The translations under genes were made by a program, and so were the position numbers. Shown piece by piece: positions 19,591 through 29,508 of a stretch of DNA of 64,000 nt; the stretch's first letter is position 1; the number at the start of each line of letters is the position of its first letter. A model generated the notes under the pieces. That model was not told the origin of the DNA and made no database searches. It saw only the letters and a program-made list of their open reading frames with translations. Source of the DNA: Lachnospiraceae bacterium (GTDB lineage: Bacteria; Bacillota_I; Bacilli_A; RFN20; CAG-826); contig CAVKZO010000002.1 of the NCBI GenBank assembly GCA_963661135.1, forward strand, positions 8,614 through 72,613, written 5' to 3'.

Positions 19591-19620
19591 TTAAACAAAT
19601 GACCTTGAATTTAGTATAAT
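19591..19620 (+). promoter_or_regulatory. Candidate promoter for tRNA-Arg
   Basis: TTAAAC, 18 nt, then a consensus TATAAT (19615-19620) 9 nt upstream of the tRNA 5' end. Confidence 0.4.
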
Positions 19621-19629
19621 AAAAAAGAT

Positions 19630-19706
<77 letters not shown>

Positions 19707-19788
19707 TTTATAAATAAAAGAGTTGGGATTTAATGATGTTTTTAAAACATTGTAAATTTTTTATGGTTTATTTATAATAATTGATGTT

Positions 19789-19864
19789 GGGGCTTTAGCT
19801 CAGCTGGGAGAGCGCTTCCATGGCATGGAAGAGGTCACCGGTTCGATCCCGGCAAGCTCCACCA
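19789..19864 (+). tRNA. tRNA-Ala (anticodon GGC)
   Basis: Acceptor GGGGCTT/AAGCTCC with the G3:U70 alanine identity pair. Anticodon stem CTTCC/GGAAG with loop ATGGCAT. T arm ACCGG-TTCGATC-CCGGC. CCA is encoded. Confidence 0.9.
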
Positions 19865-20010
19865 AAAAAAATTTCAGGTTTTTATTTATTTAATTAAAAA
19901 TAGATTGTCATTATTTAGAAGTATAAAATGTAATAAAAAACAAATCTATATTTGGCTTGTAATTAACAAATTTTAAAGATGTCAAAATGGCACAAACTAA
20001 AATGGATAAT

Positions 20011-20025
20011 ATGTCAAATTGACAT
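20011..20025. promoter_or_regulatory. Perfect palindrome ATGTCAA-a-TTGACAT upstream of the decayed HTH gene (candidate operator)
   Basis: 7-bp arms with a 1-nt centre. An extra half-site ATGTCAA lies at 19979-19985. Confidence 0.35.
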
Positions 20026-20058
20026 AAATAAGTTGTAAAGCAAATACCATTTCGTTAT

Positions 20059-20467
20059 AAAAAATATGACTTTATAATAACGGCATTAAAACAATTAAGA
20101 ATAGATAAGGGATTGACACAAAGTGAGTGTGTAAAATTCTTAGACATATTTTTAAGAACTTATGTTCGTTATGAAAACGATAAATATAGGTATGATACAA
20201 TCAAATATCTTTTTATAGTTGATAAACTGAATGAAGTATGAAGTTAGTGATGAAGAACATTGAATTTTTATTATAGAGAAAATAAAAGAAGTTTGTAATC
20301 TTGTTTTATGTGGTTGTGATGTAAATTTTTGCTATCTATTTGGTTCTTATGCAAAAGAAAAAGCAAAGGAAACTAGTGATATCGATTCCCTTGATATTCT
20401 TCAACTTAATAATAACCAAACGTTACATCAAGAAATCTTAAAGGACGGAATAAACATTTATGGATAA
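20059..20467 (+). pseudogene. Decayed XRE-HTH / nucleotidyltransferase (MNT-type antitoxin-like) gene
   Basis: Frame A reads ITALKQLRIDKGLTQSECVKFL..RTYVRYENDK (HTH). After a +1 frame change near 20236-20241, frame B reads YEVSDEEH*IFIIEKIKEV..DVNFCYLFGSYAKEKAKETSDID (GS..D.D NTase motif). There is an in-frame TGA at 20261-20263 and the C-terminal half is abruptly shortened. A 25-codon ORF overlapping its stop (20460-20537, MDNRKDDYNYLEKDF...) could be a remnant of a HEPN-type partner. Confidence 0.6.
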
Positions 20468-20598
20468 TAGAAAAGATGACTATAATTATTTAGAAAAAGA
20501 TTTTCATAGATTAAGAAAAATAATATTGGAAAAATAACGTATATAATTGTATTATTTTTATAGTTAGATATGCCTAACTTTATAAGAGACTATTAAAA

Positions 20599-21435
20599 AT
20601 GAAATATCATATTGAAAAAAATACTGTACAAGAAACATTAGTTATTCCGCTTTATGGAAGAAAACTTTGTAATAAACTTTATTCTAATATTTATAAAGAT
20701 GAAACTGCAGAGAAGATTATCGAACAATTAGATTACGATTTTTATGTTCTAGAAAAACAAGGAAAAAAATTGATGTATGAATTTGGTTATTTAGAAGTTG
20801 CATGTAGGCAAAATGATTTATATATCGAAATAAAAGATTATTTAAAAGAACACCCTAAAGCAGCAATAGTTAATTTAGGATGTGGATTAGATACTTTGGG
20901 AAATAAATGCGATAATGGAATTTGTAAAATTTACAATTTAGATTTTGAAGATGTAATTAAAGTTAGAAATGAATTGATACCTTGTGGTGATAGAGGAAAA
21001 AATATATCTTGCGATTTGAATAACATTGAATGGTTTAATGAAATCGATTCAAAGGATGGTGTAGTATTTTTTGCTTCAGGAGTGTTTTATTATTTTTTAA
21101 AAGTTCAAATAAAAGATTTGTTAATTAGTATGGCTAAAGCTTTTCCAGGAGGAAAAATAATATTTGATACAGCGAATAAAAAAGCTACAAAATTGTTGCG
21201 TAGAACATGGTTAAAAAAGATGAAAATTAAAAATGTTGATGCTTATTTTTACGTTGATAATGTTGCAAAAGATGAATGTTTTCAAGATGAAAATTTAATT
21301 GTATCTAGTAAAGGTTACATGTTAGGTTATAACGATTTAAAAGATAAAAATATAAGAAAATTATTTCGTTTTATGGCTAAATACGGCGATAAATTTATGG
21401 GTATGAAAATTATTAGAGTTGATTTTAAAAAGTAA
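20599..21435 (+). CDS. Class I SAM-dependent methyltransferase (TcmP / leucine carboxyl methyltransferase-like)
   Basis: Motif I VNLGCGLDT and a 278-aa length. N-terminal ETLVIPLYGR is typical of this O-methyltransferase family. Confidence 0.6.
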   Translation: MKYHIEKNTVQETLVIPLYGRKLCNKLYSNIYKDETAEKIIEQLDYDFYVLEKQGKKLMYEFGYLEVACRQNDLYIEIKDYLKEHPKAAIVNLGCGLDTLGNKCDNGICKIYNLDFEDVIKVRNELIPCGDRGKNISCDLNNIEWFNEIDSKDGVVFFASGVFYYFLKVQIKDLLISMAKAFPGGKIIFDTANKKATKLLRRTWLKKMKIKNVDAYFYVDNVAKDECFQDENLIVSSKGYMLGYNDLKDKNIRKLFRFMAKYGDKFMGMKIIRVDFKK

Positions 21436-21498
21436 AACGTTTATTGATTAATAAATTAGACTTGGTTAACTTATTATTTAAATATTAAACTAATAAAT

Positions 21499-22710
21499 AT
21501 GATAAATTTAATTAGGAAAATATTTATTAAAGATTATCAAAATGTTAAAGATGAAAAGGTTAGAATCAAACATGGTGTTGTAAGTGCTTGTTTTGGTTTA
21601 GTTATCAATTTATTTTTATTTACATTTAAATTAACAATCGGTTTATTAACTGGATTATTATCTTTAATTTCTGAAGCTTTGAATAATATAACTGATTTTT
21701 TATCGTGTTTTGTAACTTTATTTGGTTTTAAATTAGCTAATAAACCTGCAGATAAAGATCATCCATACGGACATCAACGAATCGAATATATATGTGGTTT
21801 AATTGTCAGTTTTATCTGTTTAATAATAGGTATAGTATTAATTTATAGTTCAATTATAAAAATAATAAATAAAGAAGAAGGAAATTATAAAGATGATACT
21901 TTGTTTATGTGGACAATGGTCATATTAGTGGTATCTATTATTTTTAAAATATTATTAGGATTAATATATAAAGGGATGGGAAAAGCTATTGATTCTATCG
22001 CTTTAAAAGCTAGCATGAAGGATTCTTTTTTGGATTGTATTTCCACAGGTGTAGTTATAATTTCATCAATATTGCAATATATTTTATACAAATATAATCC
22101 TGGTTTAACTTGGATAGTTTATATTGACCCAATATCTTCGATTATTGTAGCAATATTTGTAATAGTTAACGCAATTCAAATGATTAATGAAGTTAGTAAA
22201 CCATTAATTGGTGAACCAATCGATGAAAAGATGAGTAATGATATTAAAAAAGATATTAATAGTTATGAAGGAATATTAGGAACTCACGATATGAATGCGT
22301 ATTCTTATGGTCCTACTAAAATATTTATCTCTATACATTGTGAAGTTGATGGGTATCAAGATGTATTTAAAACACATGAATTAATTGATACGATAGAAGA
22401 AGAAATAAATAGAAAATACAATGTGAATTTAACAATTCATATGGATCCAGTAGATACAAAAAATAAAGATTTAGAAGATATAAAAAATATAATTAACAAA
22501 TATATCATAGAAAATAATTTAGATTTATCGATTCATGATTTACGCGTAAGTAATAGAAAAAATATAAAATACTTACTATTTGATATGGTTATTCCAAATA
22601 TTGATAATTTAAATACTAACGAAGTGGTTGATAATGTAATTAATTTAATTAATGAAAAATATCCTGAATATAAAGTTGTGATTCATAAGGATACAAAATA
22701 CATTAAATAA
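21499..22710 (+). CDS. Cation diffusion facilitator (CDF) family metal efflux transporter
   Basis: Six N-terminal TM helices, the DKDHPYGHQRIEY block, and a C-terminal cytoplasmic domain. Confidence 0.8.
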   Translation: MINLIRKIFIKDYQNVKDEKVRIKHGVVSACFGLVINLFLFTFKLTIGLLTGLLSLISEALNNITDFLSCFVTLFGFKLANKPADKDHPYGHQRIEYICGLIVSFICLIIGIVLIYSSIIKIINKEEGNYKDDTLFMWTMVILVVSIIFKILLGLIYKGMGKAIDSIALKASMKDSFLDCISTGVVIISSILQYILYKYNPGLTWIVYIDPISSIIVAIFVIVNAIQMINEVSKPLIGEPIDEKMSNDIKKDINSYEGILGTHDMNAYSYGPTKIFISIHCEVDGYQDVFKTHELIDTIEEEINRKYNVNLTIHMDPVDTKNKDLEDIKNIINKYIIENNLDLSIHDLRVSNRKNIKYLLFDMVIPNIDNLNTNEVVDNVINLINEKYPEYKVVIHKDTKYIK

Positions 22711-22781
22711 ATTTTTATTATTTTTTTGATATTTGTTGTATTAATAGTGCAAAAAAAATTACATGTATTAAAATATTATCT

Positions 22782-24620
22782 ATGACTAAAAAGAAGAAAA
22801 GAACTTATGGTTTTAAGGACATTTTAAATATCGGATTAAAAGGTTGTAAAGGTTCCTTTTATGGTTTTTTTGTTATCTTATTTTTTGGTGTATTATTTAA
22901 TATTTTAAATACCTATACACTTAAAGTATTAGTTGATGTTTTAAAATATCGCGCTTCTAGACCTCTTCCTTTTAATTGGAATAGCACTGATATTATTTTT
23001 AAAGGTTACGTATATTGCTTTGGCGGAGAAAGCGGCATTGATTTTTTAGCTGATTATCCTTGGGTGTTCGCTATCATTATGATTAGTATTACAATCATCA
23101 GCATCCTTTTACTTGTATGGAGAAAGGTGTTACAAGCTAAATACAATACAAGAATGGGTGAAAATTTAGAAAATATGCTTTTTAAACATGTCACTAATTT
23201 ATCTTACGATGATATAAAATCAATGAAAAATGGCGATATTATTCAAATCTGTACACAAGATGAATCTATAGTGAGAAAATTCTTTAGAAGCGATGTACCT
23301 TTAATTGTTTATACAATTTATATTGTATTGATTTCTTATGTAATTTTATTTATCACCAGTTGGCAAATAGCGTTAATTTGTTTTTGCATCATGCCGATTT
23401 TATTTGTATATTCGTTCTTTTTAATAAAAGAAGTAAGAAAAAGATTTAGAACTGTTGATGATTCTGAAGGAAGATTAACAGCTAAAATTGAAGAGAACTT
23501 ATCAAGTGTTAGATTGGTAAAAGCTTTTAATAACGAAGCTTATGAAATTAATGATTTTGGAACATATATAAGAGACTATAGAACTAAGTATATGAGATGG
23601 AGAAGAATGAGCTCTTTCTTCTTTTCAAGTAGCGATGTTTTTGTTTTTTCTCAAATCGCTCTATCTACTATGGCTGGAGCTTACTTATGTTATAAAGGAG
23701 AAATTACATTAGGAACTTATATCATCAGTTTCACATTTGTTTCTCAAATAGTATGGCCTTTAAGAGATGTCGCTACTATATTATCTAATTTAGCTAGAGC
23801 TAGTGCAGCATTAGATAGAATTAATTTAATTTTAGAAAAACCATTAGAAGATTTAAAAACTGGTGTAACTCCTGTTATTAAAGGAAATATTGAATTAACT
23901 GATGTTCAATTTAATTTTAATGATGAAAAAGCCACTAAAAACACAATCAATGGAATTACATTAAATATTAAAGAAGGAAATACAGTTGCTATTATGGGTA
24001 AAACTGGAAGTGGTAAATCTACTTTAGCTTATTTATTGACTAGATTATATGAATATACGGATGGATCTATAAAAATTGATGGAGTTGAACTCAATACTAT
24101 TCAAAAAGAATACTTAAGAAAGAATATAGGAATAGTATTACAAGAACCTTTTTTATTCAGTAAAACAATATTACAAAATTTACAAATAGCAAATAAAGAT
24201 GCTAGTAACGAACAGATTATAAAAGCAATAAAAGTTGCTCATATATATGAATCAATTAATAATTTCAAAGATAAATACGATACTCCTGTAGGAGAAAAAG
24301 GAACTACATTATCAGGTGGACAAAAACAAAGATTAGCGATAGCTAGAACTTTACTCACTGAAGCTCCAATATTAATATTCGATGATTCTTTATCAGCAGT
24401 AGATACTGAGACGGATTTTAATATTAGAAAATCTATTAAAGAAAGAGAAAATAAAGCTACGACAATTTTAATAACTCATAGAGTATCCACAGCGAAAGAT
24501 GCAAATTTAATTGTAGTTTTAGATGAAGGGAAAATAGCTCAAATTGGTACACATGAAGAGTTATTAAAAGAAAATGGCTTATATAAAAGAATATATGATA
24601 TTCAAACTAAAATGGTATAG
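22782..24620 (+). CDS. ABC exporter half-transporter (TMD-NBD), subunit with non-canonical catalytic residue
   Basis: Walker A GKTGSGKST and signature LSGGQKQR. Walker B ILIFDD-S has Asp where the catalytic Glu is expected. Confidence 0.85.
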   Translation: MTKKKKRTYGFKDILNIGLKGCKGSFYGFFVILFFGVLFNILNTYTLKVLVDVLKYRASRPLPFNWNSTDIIFKGYVYCFGGESGIDFLADYPWVFAIIMISITIISILLLVWRKVLQAKYNTRMGENLENMLFKHVTNLSYDDIKSMKNGDIIQICTQDESIVRKFFRSDVPLIVYTIYIVLISYVILFITSWQIALICFCIMPILFVYSFFLIKEVRKRFRTVDDSEGRLTAKIEENLSSVRLVKAFNNEAYEINDFGTYIRDYRTKYMRWRRMSSFFFSSSDVFVFSQIALSTMAGAYLCYKGEITLGTYIISFTFVSQIVWPLRDVATILSNLARASAALDRINLILEKPLEDLKTGVTPVIKGNIELTDVQFNFNDEKATKNTINGITLNIKEGNTVAIMGKTGSGKSTLAYLLTRLYEYTDGSIKIDGVELNTIQKEYLRKNIGIVLQEPFLFSKTILQNLQIANKDASNEQIIKAIKVAHIYESINNFKDKYDTPVGEKGTTLSGGQKQRLAIARTLLTEAPILIFDDSLSAVDTETDFNIRKSIKERENKATTILITHRVSTAKDANLIVVLDEGKIAQIGTHEELLKENGLYKRIYDIQTKMV

Positions 24621-24623
24621 GAT

Positions 24624-26561
24624 ATGGCGCAGTTTAAAGAAGAAAATACTAACAAAAAACATATAAGTTTTAAATCTTGGGCAAAATTATTTAAATACGT
24701 TCATAGATATCGGTATCTAGTCCTTTTGTGCATTATTTTAATGTTATTTGTATCTTTTTATGATTCAAGTTTCGTACCAAGTTTAAATTACAGTTTAACA
24801 GATTACTTTGATCAAGCAAGTATGGCTGGAGTTAGTTTTTGGGAAATTCCATTAACAATTAAGATTTTTTATATAGATTTTCATATGACATTTAAATTTG
24901 CTCTTATTTTATATGCAGTATTTATTTTAATTAGGTCTTTATGCGTATTTGGATCTTTTTATATAATGAATTTTTTTGAAATGTATATTATGTGTTCTTT
25001 AAGAGAAGATGGATTTAAGCATATTCAAGAATTATCATTCTCTTATTTTGATAGAACTAATAGTGGATGGCTTATAGCTAGACTTGAAAATGATTGTGCT
25101 AGCATTGGAGAAGTAATCTCTTGGTCCGTTATAAGAATTTTTTGGATTATTGCTGATGTTATTTTTACACTTATTACGATGTTTCAATATTCTTGGCAAT
25201 ATTCTTTAATTCTTTTAGCAAGCACTCCTTTGTGTGTTTTAATTGTTATATACTTTAATAAACAAACTCTTAAATATCATCGTTTAGCTAGAAGTGCTTA
25301 TTCTTATTTTGTAGGGTGGCTTTCTGAATGTATTAGCGGAGCTAAAACTATTAAAACTTTAGCTATAGAAGGAACGACTTTAGATGAATGTGAAGAGACA
25401 ACACACGATGTTCAAAAAAAGAGATATAAATCAAATATCGTTTCTACATTATTTCAACCTTCAATTACTTTATTGGGATCATTTGCTACAATTACATTGC
25501 TCTTATTATATGTATTTTATTTTGGTGATTTAAAAGGTTCAGTACTGGCTAACGTCGCTACAATTGTATTGTTTTTAACGTTTGTTAATTCAATTTATTC
25601 GCCAATTCAACAATTTGCTGAAATAGCTAATGATATGATGGAAACGCAAGCTAGCGTAGAAAAGATGTTTGCTTTATTAGACGCTAAACCTGAACTTATT
25701 GATTCTAAAGAAGTCGTAGAAGAATATGGTGATTTATTTAATAATAAAAAAGAAAATTTCCCTGACTTTAAAGGTGATATAGAATTCAATAACGTATGTT
25801 TTTCTTATATAAAAGATACTGAAGTCATTCATAATATGAATTTAAATATTAAAGAAGGAACTAGTGTAGCAATCGTAGGAGAAACAGGTAGCGGAAAGAG
25901 CACTACAGTAAATTTATTATGTAGATTTTATGAACCTACAACAGGTAAAATTTTAATAGATGGAATCGATTATAAAAATAGATCTGTAGGTTGGTTAAGA
26001 AGCAATATAGGTTACGTTCAACAGGTTCCATTTATCTTTAAAGGAACAATTAAAGATAATGTGAGATACGGAAAGCTTGATGCTACCGATGAAGAGATTA
26101 TCAACGCTTGTAAGATTGTAGATGTTGATGGTTTCATTAACACTTTAAAAGATAAATATGATACATTTTTAGAAGATGGTGGTAACGAATTATCCCAAGG
26201 ACAAAAACAATTGATAGCTTTTGCTAGAGCTATTGTTAGAAATCCTAAATTATTAATTTTGGATGAAGCTACATCAAGTATCGATACTGAAACTGAAGCT
26301 ATGATACAAAATGCAATTGATAATACTTTAAAAGGAAGAACGAGCATCATTATCGCTCATAGATTGTCCACTATTGTTAATTGTGATCGAATTATAGTTA
26401 TGAAAGATGGTGTAATTATCGAAGATGGAAACCACAAAGAACTTATGGAAAAACATGGTTATTATCATTCACTATATATGAATCAATTTAAGGAATTAGA
26501 TATTGATAATCAACTTGATATATATAAGAGTCAAATTGAAGATAAAGGAATAAATTTATAA
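24624..26561 (+). CDS. ABC exporter half-transporter (TMD-NBD), subunit with deviant signature motif
   Basis: Walker A GETGSGKST and canonical Walker B LLILDEATS. The signature is LSQGQKQ rather than LSGGQ. Starts 3 nt after the partner gene. Confidence 0.85.
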   Translation: MAQFKEENTNKKHISFKSWAKLFKYVHRYRYLVLLCIILMLFVSFYDSSFVPSLNYSLTDYFDQASMAGVSFWEIPLTIKIFYIDFHMTFKFALILYAVFILIRSLCVFGSFYIMNFFEMYIMCSLREDGFKHIQELSFSYFDRTNSGWLIARLENDCASIGEVISWSVIRIFWIIADVIFTLITMFQYSWQYSLILLASTPLCVLIVIYFNKQTLKYHRLARSAYSYFVGWLSECISGAKTIKTLAIEGTTLDECEETTHDVQKKRYKSNIVSTLFQPSITLLGSFATITLLLLYVFYFGDLKGSVLANVATIVLFLTFVNSIYSPIQQFAEIANDMMETQASVEKMFALLDAKPELIDSKEVVEEYGDLFNNKKENFPDFKGDIEFNNVCFSYIKDTEVIHNMNLNIKEGTSVAIVGETGSGKSTTVNLLCRFYEPTTGKILIDGIDYKNRSVGWLRSNIGYVQQVPFIFKGTIKDNVRYGKLDATDEEIINACKIVDVDGFINTLKDKYDTFLEDGGNELSQGQKQLIAFARAIVRNPKLLILDEATSSIDTETEAMIQNAIDNTLKGRTSIIIAHRLSTIVNCDRIIVMKDGVIIEDGNHKELMEKHGYYHSLYMNQFKELDIDNQLDIYKSQIEDKGINL

Positions 26562-26618
26562 GGCTTTTAAGTTGATTTAAAAAAGAATTTATTTATACTT
26601 TTAGTACAAGGAAAATTT

Positions 26619-27458
26619 ATGGAATATAAATACGAATATGAAGGCGAAAGAAGTTTATTTGCTTCTAAAAATTTAGATATTGTTGATACTAAATTTTTAT
26701 TTGGAGAATCTCCTTTAAAAGAAAGTAAGAATGTTAATGTATTGAATTCTTGTTTTACATATAAATATCCTTTACGGTATTCAAAAAATATAGTTGTAAA
26801 AAATACTTTATTTGAAGTGATGGCTAGAAGTGGTATTTGGTATACAAGTAATATAGAAGTTTATGATTCTACATTTGAGTGTCCGAAAACTTTTAGAAGA
26901 AGCAAAAATATTACTATTGAAAATGTAAAATTTAATGATGCGAGTGAAACTTTTTGGAATTGCAATAATATAAAAATTAAAAATACATACGCAAAAGGCG
27001 ACTATTTTATGATGAATTCTAAAAATGTTGAAATAGATGGATTAATTTTAGATGGTAATTATTTCTTTGATGGAGGAAGTAATCTAGTAATTAAAAATTC
27101 AAAATTAAATAGTAAAGATGCTTTTTGGAACTGTAAAAATATTAAAGTAATCGATTGTGAGATTGTCGGTGAATATATTGGATGGAATAGTAGCGACGTT
27201 ACTTTTATTAATTGTAAAATTGAATCTCATCAAGGATTTTGTTATATGAAAAATGTTAAATTAGTTAATTGTATTTTAACCAATACAGATTTAGCGTTTG
27301 AATTTTCTTCAGTTGAAGCTAATGTTAAATCGAGTGTTGATTCAATAAAAAATCCTAGTAGTGGCAAAATTGTTTGCAAAAAATGTAATGAGGTTATTTT
27401 AGATAGTAAATTTATCAATGTTAAAAATGTTAAAATAATAGAGGAAAACCGTGATTAA
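26619..27458 (+). CDS. Beta-helix repeat protein, DUF3737-like
   Basis: 279 aa of imperfect ~22-aa repeats (NIxIxNxxF / NVKLVNC) typical of right-handed beta-helices. The family assignment is from memory only. Confidence 0.45.
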   Translation: MEYKYEYEGERSLFASKNLDIVDTKFLFGESPLKESKNVNVLNSCFTYKYPLRYSKNIVVKNTLFEVMARSGIWYTSNIEVYDSTFECPKTFRRSKNITIENVKFNDASETFWNCNNIKIKNTYAKGDYFMMNSKNVEIDGLILDGNYFFDGGSNLVIKNSKLNSKDAFWNCKNIKVIDCEIVGEYIGWNSSDVTFINCKIESHQGFCYMKNVKLVNCILTNTDLAFEFSSVEANVKSSVDSIKNPSSGKIVCKKCNEVILDSKFINVKNVKIIEENRD

Positions 27459-28635
27459 ATATAATTTTGATGAAATAACAAATAGATATGATTCCAATAG
27501 CTTAAAGCGGGATTATTCTAAAAATAAGCTTCCTATGTGGGTTGCTGATATGGATTTTAAAACATGTCCTGATGTTATTAAAGCAATTAACAAGAAAGCT
27601 AAATTAGGAATATATGGATATACAATTGTTCCTGATGAGTATTATTTAAGTTATTCTAAGTGGTTTAAAAAAAGACATCATGTAAATTACAAAACTGATT
27701 GGATGATATATTGTAATGGTGTAGTTGCTTCAATTTCTTCAATAGTTAGAAAATTAACTACTCCTGGAGAGAACGTTTTAGTTATGTCTCCTGTTTATAA
27801 TATCTTTTATAATTCTATTTTAAATAATGGAAGAAAAGTTGTAAGTTCTGATTTAGTTTATAAAAATAATGAGTATTTCATAGACTTTTTTGATTTAGAA
27901 GATAAAATGAAAGATCCCCAAACAAATTTATTGATATTATGTAATCCTCATAATCCTATTGGTAAAAACTGGAATAGAGATGAGTTACTTAAAATTTCTA
28001 AATTAGCAAAAAAATATAATGTATATGTTGTAAGCGATGAAATTCATTGTGATATTAATAAAAATAGTGATGATTTCATACCTTTTTTAAGTGTTTCTAA
28101 AGAAGCTAAAGAAATTGGCATCGCATGTCTAGCAATGTCAAAAGCTTTTAATATTGCTGGATTACAATCGTCTTGTATAGTTGTACCTAATGAATTTACT
28201 AGATTTAAAGTTTATAGGCAGATTAATACTGATGAATGTGGCGAACCTAATTTTTTTGCTGTTGAAGCTAATATTGCAGCTTTAAAAAAAGGTGTAGATT
28301 GGCTAAATCAATTAAACGAATATGTTTATAGAAATAAAGAATACTTTTATAACGAAATTAAAGTTAATTTACCTTATTTAAATATTAATTTAAACGATGC
28401 GACATATTTAATGTGGGTAGATTGTAGCAAGATTTGTGACGATTCTAAATTATTGGTAAAATTTATAGAAGAAGATAGCGGGTTAATTTTAAATGATGGT
28501 GAAGAATATGGAATAAATGGTAAAACATTTATTAGAATTAATTTAGCAACTCAATTTGATAGAGTTAAAGATGGCACAAATAGATTTATAAATTCAATTA
28601 AAAATTATATAAAGATTAACAATATTATTTTATAA
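27451..28635 (+). CDS. PLP-dependent C-S lyase (MalY/PatB cystathionine beta-lyase family)
   Basis: N-terminal NFDEITNRYDSNSLKRD, SDEIHCD, and the PLP-Lys region MSKAFNIAG. GTG start behind GAGGAAAACC, overlapping the upstream gene by 8 nt. Confidence 0.75.
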   Translation: MIKYNFDEITNRYDSNSLKRDYSKNKLPMWVADMDFKTCPDVIKAINKKAKLGIYGYTIVPDEYYLSYSKWFKKRHHVNYKTDWMIYCNGVVASISSIVRKLTTPGENVLVMSPVYNIFYNSILNNGRKVVSSDLVYKNNEYFIDFFDLEDKMKDPQTNLLILCNPHNPIGKNWNRDELLKISKLAKKYNVYVVSDEIHCDINKNSDDFIPFLSVSKEAKEIGIACLAMSKAFNIAGLQSSCIVVPNEFTRFKVYRQINTDECGEPNFFAVEANIAALKKGVDWLNQLNEYVYRNKEYFYNEIKVNLPYLNINLNDATYLMWVDCSKICDDSKLLVKFIEEDSGLILNDGEEYGINGKTFIRINLATQFDRVKDGTNRFINSIKNYIKINNIIL

Positions 28636-28687
28636 AAAAATAATCAAAAAATATATTGAATTACTGAATACAATTTGATAAATTTAA

Positions 28688-28775
28688 TCAAAGACGGAGT
28701 AGGGGACTAGAAATAGTTACTTGTCAACATGCTGGATAAATTATCCTGGCAAGTATTAAATACCGAGAGTCAATT
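28688..28775 (+). promoter_or_regulatory. yybP-ykoY-type manganese riboswitch (candidate)
   Basis: aaagacGGAGUAGgggac ... cUUGUCAACAUgc ... GGCAag ... accGAGAGUC resembles the conserved blocks of the yybP-ykoY motif. Lies directly 5' of an MntP-family gene. Confidence 0.7.
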
Positions 28776-28796
28776 TATATTTTAAGGAGTTTTAAA

Positions 28797-29438
28797 ATGT
28801 TAGATTGGATTGATGTTGTTTCTATTTCTATTTCAATGAGTGTTGATGCTATGACTGTTAATGCTACAAACGGCATTAGAGAAGCAGGTATCAAAAAGTG
28901 GAAATTAATTATAATTGCTTTAGTATTTGGTGTATTTCAATTTGTCATGCCTACGATTGGATATTTTATTTCAACTACCTTTAGTAGTTATTTAGAATCT
29001 ATTAAAATTGCTGTACCAATTATCGCTTTTGTTTTGCTATTTTTATTAGCTTTAAACTCTTTAAGAGAGTGGATTAAAGATTTTAACGAAAGAAAAAAAG
29101 AAAAGAAATTAAATGAAAATAGTGATACAAATGGAATCAATTTAAATGAAGTGGTTGAGAAAAAAGAAAATAAAAAATTAAGTTTTTGGAATATATTTGT
29201 TCAAGGTATAGCTACTTCAATTGACGCTTTATGTATTGGATTTGCATACATGAATTTAACCATAGGTAACGCTATGTTATTTTTTGGAATAATCGGTGTT
29301 ACAACGTTTGTTTTATCTATGTTAACTGGATTATTTGGAAATGTTGTTTCAAAATATTTGGAGAAATGGGCTTCTTTAATTGCAGCAATCGTATTTTTAG
29401 CAATTGGATTAAAAATATTGATTGAAGGGTTAATTTAA
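28797..29438 (+). CDS. mntP: Manganese efflux pump MntP (YebN) family
   Basis: SISMSVDAMTVN near the N-terminus and a second half-repeat GIATSIDALCIGF. Six TM segments with a K/E-rich central loop. Confidence 0.8.
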   Translation: MLDWIDVVSISISMSVDAMTVNATNGIREAGIKKWKLIIIALVFGVFQFVMPTIGYFISTTFSSYLESIKIAVPIIAFVLLFLLALNSLREWIKDFNERKKEKKLNENSDTNGINLNEVVEKKENKKLSFWNIFVQGIATSIDALCIGFAYMNLTIGNAMLFFGIIGVTTFVLSMLTGLFGNVVSKYLEKWASLIAAIVFLAIGLKILIEGLI

Positions 29439-29508
29439 TCTAAATAAAGTATAATTACTTTTTATTATATTGAAACGCTTTCGTTTTAGATTTAGAATAT
29501 TACTATAT

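Noticed and set aside
22711-22781. Possible leaderless arrangement (TAAAAT-N7-ATG) for the first ABC exporter gene.
   Set aside because: No acceptable -35 box at 16-18 nt and several alternative -10-like hexamers in this AT-rich spacer. The evidence is weaker than for pyrH.
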